DNA of 7,288 nt, from positions 1 through 7,288 of the IMG/VR virus record IMGVR_UViG_3300026522_000557; one strand, 5' to 3'. Each line of letters opens with the position of its first letter. The first letter of the stretch is position 1. Positions 1 to 6,642 of this stretch are shown in pieces. This stretch comes from a virus. The notes under the pieces were generated by a model, which was not told the origin of the DNA, ran no database searches, and saw nothing but the letters and a program-made list of their open reading frames with translations. The position numbers were made by a program, and so were the translations under genes.

Positions 1-3000
1 TTAGCATCTTCTTCTTCATAGAACTGGTTTAAGTTCTTTACTGCCTCGTCGTGAGATTTAGTATTCCCATTTTCAATAGCTTTAATTAAAGTTACATCTG
101 GAGCACAAACATATCCGAAAAAAGCAGAAAAATCATTCCCACCAACAGACCAACTGCTAAGACCGCTATTAAACCCTCCATTAGCTGCATATGCTTTTGT
201 CTGTACTTTTAATCGTCCGATTTCTTTAGGAGTATATCCTAAATTGATATAAGGGGTTTTCGTATTTATTGGCTCATATTGAATATCAGGACCTTGAGTG
301 GCAGAAATATCTAAATAGCTCCAATCTTTTCCTGCAAAAGTCTTTTGAGCTTCTGTATAAGTGCTATCTTTACTGCCTGCAATAGCTCCTTTATCTAGAG
401 CTTCTACATGATTAAACCATAATACTTTAGAAGGAAAATCTTGATTATCAGGATTATGCGGCTCTTCTTTAGTCTCATAAATAAAATCTAAATGTCCTTG
501 TTCAACAAGAGACTTAAAAGTATAGGTCGTATCTGGATTCTGAAGTTTTCCGCCCCAACAAATTACAGGTTTATATTTGTCAGTATAAGAATTAGGAATT
601 TCATCTACAATCTGAAAGCTAGAATCTTGTTCCCAATTTGAAATTTTTATATTCCAAACATCTGTAGCAATTAAATTATCTTCATCTACATCATCAGTAT
701 AATAACGAATTTCAATAGGCACTTCCGCCGCCTTATATATGACAAGATAAGAATCTTTAATATCTTCTGCTTTAGTAAGCATTTCGTCCTTCAGATACCA
801 TCCATAAGGTTCACCTACGGTATAAAAAGGAATTTGTTTTTTCTTTTGTTCATCATCGGGGTCAATTACTCCAGAATAAGGATACATATCATCTAAGTCG
901 ATAAATTTATCCACATAAACGCCATCGGCAAATTCTGTTTCATCAATTGTAACATCTTTTTCTCCGATATAAAAATATTTAGAAGTAAAAAATTCTTCTT
1001 TTTCTTCAGCCAAATAATATTGCTCTTTATAATATTTAACCTTAATTGTATAGGTCTTAGGATTTTCTACTTTTGTATAAATAATATCAAATGGCGCAGC
1101 AGCTAAAAGTCTTCTTAAGTTGACCCGCCCTGTCTTGTCATTATAGCTATAATTTGGTTTATATCCAGCAGGTTTATGTTTCTGGATATCAATAACCTGA
1201 CCAAAAGTAGGAACAGAAAGAAAATCAGTTTCTTTTAACTCAATATCTTCTGAAGCAATTAAATTAGCTTGATCATCTTTATTGTCTTTCCAATATTTAA
1301 CTGTGACATGGTAACCAACAATTTCATAACGGACATTGAATATAAAATTCTTAACACTATTGAATGTTACATCGCCTAAATCTGTTAAATTAACAATTTT
1401 ACCTGGGCCATAATATTCTGGTTGATAATAATCAACAAACAACTTATCATATGGTTTCCATTCATTTCCATTTACAAAATCACTCTCGCGGAAGTAAATA
1501 GTAGATGACTGGAAAAGAGTCTCACCTTGGTAATAGTTTACATAACAACATCCAATATTATGTTCTGGGTTAGTATCTTTAACATCTGGATCATCCATAA
1601 TATTAAAGCTCTTTTTACCTGTTGCGTCTTCAAAAAATGTTTGTGTGACTTTATCATATAAGCAGTTGCTAGGAGCAATTTTATCTCCAATTTTATCGTA
1701 AAATTGTACAGGAACATAATCACGAATAAGATTATTATCATAATAAATCTTACAACTTTTAATTCCTACACCTGCAATTCCACCGCGATAAAATCCATTC
1801 TGATCACAAGCAAATAAATACAGCGGAACGGTCATTTTAGCAGAATTACTTTGTACAAGCTGAGTATAGGTTAGTGTCGCATAGCTATAACCATCTCTTG
1901 TAGATGAACTAATTCCCGTATTCGCGCTAAATCCCTCTGAAGCAGATTCTTCAACAACCAGTTCTGGAGTTCCAAGACCCGCGGACACATTAAAAGTATT
2001 AACCCCAGTTAATTGCTTCTCATCTTTAAATTTGGTATTATTAACATACTTAATATAGTAAGCACCATCTTCAGTTACACTACCGAATAGATAAGCATCG
2101 CCAACATTAACATTGTAAAGAGGCTCTGTGTCAAATACTCTATAAGTATTAACTAATACCGTCAACTTACTCATATCATCGCAAGTCACACCTGTATTAA
2201 TATAAGCATGATTTAATGTCCAAGTAGGATAATCTTTTTCATAATTACCCATATCATTATGTTGTAAGAACAAAATTCTATGTGGATAATCAATGCCGCT
2301 AGGATCAACAGGCTCGCTCTGCGCTGTATAAACAATATTAATAGCATCAAGATTTCTTAAAGCAGAAAAATTTACAGGGCCAGTGTACTGGATCTCGCCA
2401 TTTCCACAATAAGAAGGTTTAAAAGCATTAATATCAAGTCCTAAATCTGTAAGAGTAGTATCAGTTGTAAAATCAAGAACTCTATACCTTAATTGATTGC
2501 TTCCAATCCAGTTCTCATTTGCGACTTCATCTGTGTAATATCTAACCTGCGTTGTATATGTTGAAGCCATATATAAAACAGAATACTCACCTTGAAGTTC
2601 ATCAAAAGTAAAACGAGAAGAAGCACTCACTCCATCAAGAAGTCCTTTATCATAATAATCAGGTCTATAAGCATTAAGATCAAATAAATCTGGAAGTGTA
2701 ACGCCTCCTCCAACCTGTGCTTCTTCTATTGTAATAATAGAAGTATTGATTGTAGAGAAAGTAGACGCCATTTCCTGTTTATATCTAATTACAATGCTTT
2801 TTGTCTTAATAGTTTCAACAGGCTTATATGCAATAGTAATAGGAGAATTGGCAAGTAAAGAACCTAATGTAATTGCTCCACTATAGGATTTACTTTCATC
2901 AAAAATAAATCCATCGGCGCGGGCGGCGTTCACATCAACAATGTCTGCGAGACTTGGATCATTTAAAAACATTGTCTCATTAATAGTTACATTTATTGTC

Positions 3001-4439
3001 TTTAGTTCTTTTCCTGTATCATCTACATATTTTACTGCAAGGGTATAATCTTTTGCTTTATAATAAACTTGAATAACCCCAACGTTTACTACATCATCAA
3101 AAGTAGAAAGATTTGCGTTATAGATACGGCCATCATCATAGGTTGCACTATGGTATTTATTTATATCTATACCAATATCAGTGATGATGTCTGTTGAATT
3201 TTCATATGCTGTATTATATTTAAACTTATAAGTGATCGTGGTGATACGATTCCAGTTTGGGTATTCTCCATAATAATATTCAACAAAAACAGAATTTTCT
3301 GTTAAAGGATATCTAACATTATATGAATCTTTTAAATCACCATAAGTAATAATTGCCGTCGAGTCAGCATCCGAAAGATAACCATCGGAATAATACTTCT
3401 TTGGCTTGTATCCATTAATGTTAATAAAATCTGCTAAAGTTGAATTTAAAACAATATCACTTTGTTTAATTACAATAGTAGAAGACTGAAAAACAACAAA
3501 TTGATTATCAGAAGTCTCTTGCTCATATGTAATAGTAATATTTTTACTCTCTTCATTTTGGATTTTTTCATAATAAACCTGTAGAAGGGTAGTATTTATA
3601 AAACTATCAAAAGTAAGATCGCCATAAAAATTCGTGACAGCTCTATAACCATTTGGTTTACCTGTCTTCAAATCAATAAGATCACCGATATTTCTTGCAT
3701 CATCTACTTTTTTCTTTGTAAAAGTAATGCTTACTGTCTGTACAGATTCAAGAGTTCCTTCATCTGTACGAATGAAATATTCTACATCTTTTGTATAAAC
3801 GATTGGCGCATAGTTAATAATTAATGTACCAACGCTTTTAAGCTCTTCATAAGTCAACATATGTCCAGTATAATTGGTTACTTGACCTGGCTTATAATAA
3901 ATTGGCTTATAAGCATCTACATTTATCCCTAATTGTTCAAAGCTAATTCCAGCATAAAAATCAGATGCTTTAATTATTTTTTCATTTGTCGCGAGTAAAT
4001 TGTTTCCATCTTGGTAATATAAAATTTTTAATTTAAAATAATCAGTTGCAACAGAATCAGTAGTATAAACCTCCGTTGCCCCTTTTGCATAATCGCTTTT
4101 TAGTCTAACAGTAAGAATGAAATTACCATTCTTTAATCTATTTTGAGTGGTTTTACCTTCTGTAGTTACGCTAAATAACAAATTAATGTCATCAAAAACA
4201 ATTTCTGCTTTTCGCAACATTGCGGTTAATCTGCTCATCACAAGAAAAGCATCTGTTTCATTTTTCTCAGTTACTAAGAACTTCAAAGTTATATCTTTAA
4301 ATTTATCTTGCTGACGAACAAATGTAGGTTGAATATCTCCTTCAAGCCAATCTGACGTTGTATCAACCATATTACTAGATAATATTCTGTCATATAATTG
4401 GACGCCCAAAGAAGATAAATCTATACCATTAATTAGCAT
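1..4439 (-). CDS. Giant tail/baseplate protein. Dit-like (distal tail protein) N-terminal domain followed by adhesin-like tandem repeats and lectin-like domains. 3' end lies beyond the window.
   Basis: ATG at 4439..4437, 8 nt downstream of GGAGG (4452..4448). I translated 1479 codons down to position 3 with no TAA, TAG or TGA; the remaining 2 nt show the ORF continues off the edge. A scan of all 'cta' triplets on the + strand in 1..4440 found none in this frame. The N-terminus MLINGIDLSSLGVQLYDR...KFKDITLKFLV...AEIVFDD resembles the siphophage Dit / Sipho_tail fold (by eye). It is absent from the ORF track, presumably because no stop lies in the window. Confidence 0.85.
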   Translation of the reverse strand, partial: MLINGIDLSSLGVQLYDRILSSNMVDTTSDWLEGDIQPTFVRQQDKFKDITLKFLVTEKNETDAFLVMSRLTAMLRKAEIVFDDINLLFSVTTEGKTTQNRLKNGNFILTVRLKSDYAKGATEVYTTDSVATDYFKLKILYYQDGNNLLATNEKIIKASDFYAGISFEQLGINVDAYKPIYYKPGQVTNYTGHMLTYEELKSVGTLIINYAPIVYTKDVEYFIRTDEGTLESVQTVSITFTKKKVDDARNIGDLIDLKTGKPNGYRAVTNFYGDLTFDSFINTTLLQVYYEKIQNEESKNITITYEQETSDNQFVVFQSSTIVIKQSDIVLNSTLADFININGYKPKKYYSDGYLSDADSTAIITYGDLKDSYNVRYPLTENSVFVEYYYGEYPNWNRITTITYKFKYNTAYENSTDIITDIGIDINKYHSATYDDGRIYNANLSTFDDVVNVGVIQVYYKAKDYTLAVKYVDDTGKELKTINVTINETMFLNDPSLADIVDVNAARADGFIFDESKSYSGAITLGSLLANSPITIAYKPVETIKTKSIVIRYKQEMASTFSTINTSIITIEEAQVGGGVTLPDLFDLNAYRPDYYDKGLLDGVSASSRFTFDELQGEYSVLYMASTYTTQVRYYTDEVANENWIGSNQLRYRVLDFTTDTTLTDLGLDINAFKPSYCGNGEIQYTGPVNFSALRNLDAINIVYTAQSEPVDPSGIDYPHRILFLQHNDMGNYEKDYPTWTLNHAYINTGVTCDDMSKLTVLVNTYRVFDTEPLYNVNVGDAYLFGSVTEDGAYYIKYVNNTKFKDEKQLTGVNTFNVSAGLGTPELVVEESASEGFSANTGISSSTRDGYSYATLTYTQLVQSNSAKMTVPLYLFACDQNGFYRGGIAGVGIKSCKIYYDNNLIRDYVPVQFYDKIGDKIAPSNCLYDKVTQTFFEDATGKKSFNIMDDPDVKDTNPEHNIGCCYVNYYQGETLFQSSTIYFRESDFVNGNEWKPYDKLFVDYYQPEYYGPGKIVNLTDLGDVTFNSVKNFIFNVRYEIVGYHVTVKYWKDNKDDQANLIASEDIELKETDFLSVPTFGQVIDIQKHKPAGYKPNYSYNDKTGRVNLRRLLAAAPFDIIYTKVENPKTYTIKVKYYKEQYYLAEEKEEFFTSKYFYIGEKDVTIDETEFADGVYVDKFIDLDDMYPYSGVIDPDDEQKKKQIPFYTVGEPYGWYLKDEMLTKAEDIKDSYLVIYKAAEVPIEIRYYTDDVDEDNLIATDVWNIKISNWEQDSSFQIVDEIPNSYTDKYKPVICWGGKLQNPDTTYTFKSLVEQGHLDFIYETKEEPHNPDNQDFPSKVLWFNHVEALDKGAIAGSKDSTYTEAQKTFAGKDWSYLDISATQGPDIQYEPINTKTPYINLGYTPKEIGRLKVQTKAYAANGGFNSGLSSWSVGGNDFSAFFGYVCAPDVTLIKAIENGNTKSHDEAVKNLNQFYEEEDA
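468..1589 (-). repeat. Second block of four more adhesin-like modules (aa 951-1324). One module is enlarged by an insertion.
   Basis: Same architecture as the first block. Openers: CCYVNYY, HVTVKYW, TIKVKYY, PIEIRYY. Centres: KHKPAGYKPNY, DKYKPVIC. Closers: IFNVRYE, FDIIYTK, YLVIYKA, LDFIYET. The following residues (nt 3..467; PSKVLWFNH...TPYINLGYTPKEIGRLKVQTKAY) look like the start of a second copy of the aa 708-950 domain type. Confidence 0.5.
1590..2318 (-). other. Non-repeat domain (aa 708-950) of the giant ORF, jelly-roll / lectin-like by eye
   Basis: This segment breaks the repeat periodicity. Motifs: PHRILFLQHNDMG...YINTGV...KLTVLVNTY...VPLYLFACDQNGFYRGGIAGVGIKSCKIYYDNNLIRDYVPV...CLYDKVTQTFFEDATGKKSF. 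These recall receptor-binding jelly-roll domains of phage fibres. The assignment is from memory only. Confidence 0.35.
2319..4043 (-). repeat. Seven degenerate tandem modules of about 80-86 aa (protein level, aa 133-707 of the giant ORF), MucBP/beta-grasp adhesin-like
   Basis: Each module opens with an alternating strand ending in aromatics: KLKILYY, DVEYFIR, NITITYE, VFVEYYY, TLAVKYV, SIVIRYK, TTQVRYY. Most carry a central D-I/L-x-x-N-x-Y/F-K/R-P-x-Y-Y motif, e.g. INVDAYKPIYY, ININGYKPKKYY, DLNAYRPDYY, DINAFKPSYC. Each closes with a (I/V)x(I/V)xY strand: LIINYAP, LLQVYYE, VIQVYYK, ITIAYKP, INIVYTA. The nucleotide sequences are diverged, so this is not a DNA repeat. Confidence 0.6.
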
Positions 4440-4443
4440 TCAT

Positions 4444-4650
4444 TTAACCTCCATTGCGTTGTACTCTTAATCCGATTTGATTCATCAAATCGTCCATATC
4501 ATCATCTGATGCAGATGTTGCGGTGGGAGAATTAAGAGCATTATCATAAATAGAATAATCATTTCCTCTATCAGAGATAGAACTCCCAATAGCCGTAATA
4601 AGCGTATCTTGGATTGTGCCTTGTAACGCTGATATATCTGTCATTTCCAT
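4444..4650 (-). CDS. 68-aa acidic hypothetical protein, sitting where a tape measure gene would be expected
   Basis: Intact ORF in the track. ATG at 4650 lies 7 nt after AAGGAG (4663..4658). TAA stop at 4446..4444 sits 4 nt before the start of the giant ORF. No in-frame TAG. No recognisable family. Confidence 0.7.
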   Translation of the reverse strand: MEMTDISALQGTIQDTLITAIGSSISDRGNDYSIYDNALNSPTATSASDDDMDDLMNQIGLRVQRNGG

Positions 4651-4661
4651 TTACTATCTCC

Positions 4662-4946
4662 TTATATATCAAGGGCAGAGAAAGTAGATAATCTTTCTTG
4701 TCTAGATGCTTCTGAATATTCAGAATTATCATTAAAAAATAATAAATCAGAATTATTACTTCTTGCTCTTCTTAATGCTGCAATTGTGCAATTTGTTTCT
4801 AACTCTTGCTTTTCAATAAAACCTTTATAAGCTATTTCAATTTCTTTTGGAGTCAAATAATAAAAATCTTTAGGAGAAATTCTTATCTCTCCAACAGCAA
4901 TACCAAACAGTTTTTCCTATTCTTGCTTTATATCAATCTGCTTCAT
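4662..4946 (-). CDS. Tail assembly chaperone-like protein (GTA g10/g10.1-like motif) with one in-frame TAG. The 5' end is uncertain.
   Basis: The track ORF 4662..4856 begins at a TTG, but the frame stays open upstream through a single TAG (4919..4917) as far as 5036: ...FMKQIDIKQE*EKLFGIAVGEIRISPKDFYYLTPKEIEIAYKGF... The motif 'L-x-I/L-S-P-x-D/E-F-W/Y-x-L-T-P-x-E-I/L' is what I recall from small GTA/HK97-type tail chaperone proteins. The first in-frame ATG is at 4946 and has only a weak SD. TAA stop at 4664..4662. Confidence 0.5.
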
Positions 4947-5035
4947 AAATTGAAGCACATCTTCAACAGTATGGATATCTTTGGTTTTATCTATATTAAA
5001 AGCATCTTTGAAACAATCTATAAATAAATTTTCAA

Positions 5036-5073
5036 GCTAAAAAGAAGAGAGCGGCTAGAGGTCAACCGCTCTC
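5036..5073 (-). terminator. Rho-independent terminator downstream of the major tail protein gene
   Basis: Perfect 8-bp stem: GAGAGCGG (5047..5054) pairs with CCGCTCTC (5066..5073), with an 11-nt loop. On the minus strand the stem is followed by TTCTTTTT (reverse complement of 5039..5046). It lies about 110 nt after the major tail protein TAA stop. Confidence 0.6.
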
Positions 5074-5184
5074 ACATTTAAACTAGAGAATAAAAGGAGT
5101 TCTGTTTCAATTCCTCTGTCTATTTTTGAAAAATTCTTTAGTGCAATTATGCTTTTTAGTCCTAATCGAAAACAGAATAATTTA

Positions 5185-5592
5185 TTATGAATCTTCCGTA
5201 CTATCATTCAATTTTCCAACTCCACTAAACATAATTCGATATGAATAAGTATCATTATAAACAGTAGAAAGTGGGAAAGAAGTAATAATAGCTTTTCCTT
5301 CATAACCTTTATTTGAATCAGTAATCTTTAAATTAACTGATTTACCATTATTAAATGCTTCTTCTAATGCAGCAAAAGCAGTATCATCTTTAATAAACAT
5401 CCCATTACAAAGAAGACTCCAACTGCGAACGCCGCTTATTTGTTCCTTCCACTCTCCATTAATTTTATTGGTAATATCTATCGGCGACATAGAACGGGAT
5501 AGAGAAGCGTTCTGCTGTCCCCCTAAAATATTATCACCAATAGAAACTACCACGTCTACACCTTTATGAGGAGGTTGAACTATTCTGCTCAT
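5185..5592 (-). CDS. Major tail (tube) protein, TP901-1 / Phage_tail_2-like family
   Basis: Intact 135-aa ORF. Pattern VVVSIGDNILGGQQNASLSRSMSPIDITNK..GEWKEQISGVRSWSLLCNG......Y.GKAIITSFPLS resembles the TP901-1/GTA-g9 type tube protein (by eye). AGGAGG at 5612..5607 is upstream of the ATG at 5592, with a long 14-nt spacer. TAA stop. No TAG. Confidence 0.8.
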   Translation of the reverse strand: MSRIVQPPHKGVDVVVSIGDNILGGQQNASLSRSMSPIDITNKINGEWKEQISGVRSWSLLCNGMFIKDDTAFAALEEAFNNGKSVNLKITDSNKGYEGKAIITSFPLSTVYNDTYSYRIMFSGVGKLNDSTEDS

Positions 5593-5986
5593 TTATTTCT
5601 TTTACACCTCCTGCACTTTTTATTGTGTATGAAATTATTCCGTGTTTCATTACCACGCCCGTGGATTTATCATCTAATATCTTGCAATCTGATTCTCGAA
5701 TATAAGTAACCCCAGGAATATCATAGAGTTCTTTTAAATGCTATGCAATAGACTCTTCAATTTCTAGGATCTCTTTTTCCCCTTCATAAGTAGAAAAAAT
5801 ATCTAATTTATATCTGATTGTATATAAGAAATTATTTTGAAAATAATCTCTTTGTAAATTAGATAAAGTTAGTTTTAAAAAAGGAAAGGTGTCTGTTTCT
5901 TCCCCCTACGCTCTATCCGTAATATTATATCCAAGAGAAGAGATTATTTGATAAAGTTTTGTCTTTATATATAATACTAGCGGCAT
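5564..5986 (-). CDS. Tail terminator / tail completion-like protein (DUF3168-like position and size), 140 codons with two in-frame TAGs
   Basis: ATG at 5986 lies 6 nt after AAGGAG (5998..5993). I checked the frame codon by codon down to TAA at 5566..5564. The only interruptions are TAG at 5908..5906 and 5743..5741. Sequence: MPLVLYIKTKLYQIISSLGYNITDRA*GEETDTFPFLKLTL...EIEESIA*HLKELYDIPGVTYIRESD...KSAGGVKEINEQNSSTSS. The gene overlaps the major tail protein start by 29 nt. The family call rests mainly on synteny (between gp10-like and major tail protein). Confidence 0.6.
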
Positions 5987-5997
5987 TATCTTCTCCT

Positions 5998-6180
5998 TTA
6001 TGTTATTTGTATATATTCATCAAATCCCATACTACCCATATTATCATTAGACTGACTTCCAAGATCACCAATTTCATTTAAAGACTTGAAAAAACCCTAA
6101 ATAATGCCCACAAGGGCGGCAGCTAATAAAGAGGAAAACAGTTCACCTGTCCAAATACCTCCGCCACCGCCACCGTCCAT
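5998..6180 (-). CDS. Small Gly-rich hydrophobic protein (60 aa) with one in-frame TAG. Alternatively the read-through tail of the gp10-like gene.
   Basis: ATG at 6180 lies 5 nt after GGAGG (6190..6186). Sequence: MDGGGGGGIWTGELFSSLLAAALVGII*GFFKSLNEIGDLGSQSNDNMGSMGFDEYIQIT, ending at TAA 6000..5998. TAG at 6099..6097. It is in the same frame as the upstream gp10-like ORF, so it is only a separate gene if the TAG at 6210..6208 terminates. Confidence 0.4.
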
Positions 6181-6207
6181 AGCTCCCTCCCCTTGTATAG
6201 AGCCAAT

Positions 6208-6639
6208 CTATTCTGCTAATTCTTGCTGCGCTTCATCGACGGCCTCTTCAAATTCTGCTTGTGTAGAGGCCCAAGCTTGTTCTAAAGCGGGACGAAAATA
6301 AGGCTGCGCCTCCATCTTATAAGTTCCATATTCTACGTATTGTGCATAATCTGCATCTACTCCTGCAGTGATACTAGAATCGTCTGATTCACGCCAAATT
6401 GTAGATTGTAAAAAACCCGTTCTAACGGGGACCATCTCCGTTGCAATATCATAAAATGTATTTGCAAAATCAGCAAAAGCCTAACTATAATCCACATCAA
6501 CAGTTACTGTAACAGGGTCGTCATTTCCTAGATAATTATTAACGCCATTTCCATCTGAATCAACAGGTTCTAGCGCTGTCCCGCTAACCGTTCTTTTAAG
6601 GCCAAGGTCATCAATAGTAATAGTCGCCTCAAGTCCCAT
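6208..6639 (-). CDS. HK97 gp10-family head-tail joining protein with one internal in-frame TAG
   Basis: The track fragment 6208..6435 carries the family signature PVRTGFLQSTI...ADYAQYVEYGT..MEAQPYFRPA. The frame stays open upstream through TAG 6483..6481 to ATG 6639, which lies 6 nt after AAGGAG (6651..6646). That gives 143 aa, a typical size for the family. The ORF ends at a TAG (6210..6208), the only non-TAA gene end in the window. Confidence 0.8.
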
Positions 6640-6642
6640 AAC

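Noticed and set aside
1538-1741. 67-aa ORF on the minus strand listed in the track
   Set aside because: It lies out of frame inside the 1479-codon giant ORF. Its composition is hydrophobic and low-complexity. It appears in the track only because the real ORF lacks a stop in the window.
4441-4443. Alternative ATG start for the giant ORF directly after the upstream TAA
   Set aside because: That frame reads M-N-A-N-stop. The ATG four bases downstream (4439) opens the 1479-codon frame and has better SD spacing.
4806-5027. 73-aa ORF on the + strand
   Set aside because: It is antisense to the chaperone-like gene. The sequence is low-complexity and F/I/L/N/K-rich, typical of a shadow frame in AT-rich DNA. 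It has no SD.
5076-5184. 109-nt AT-rich spacer between the major tail protein stop and the terminator, examined for a tRNA (e.g. an amber suppressor), small RNA or CRISPR repeat
   Set aside because: It has no cloverleaf-compatible arms, no T-loop-like GTTCRA motif, no repeats and no convincing ORF. No suppressor tRNA is visible anywhere in this window.
5873-5884. Apparent frameshift or slippery site at the CCTTTTTTAAAA run in the tail-terminator-like gene
   Set aside because: My first pass miscounted the T-run. A base-by-base recount shows six T's and a single continuous frame from 5986 to 5564, so no frameshift is needed.
6104-6301. 65-aa ORF on the + strand with a poly-Pro run
   Set aside because: It mirrors the minus-strand Gly6 run and the GC-rich gp10-like gene. 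No SD. The opposite strand carries a recognisable conserved family signature.
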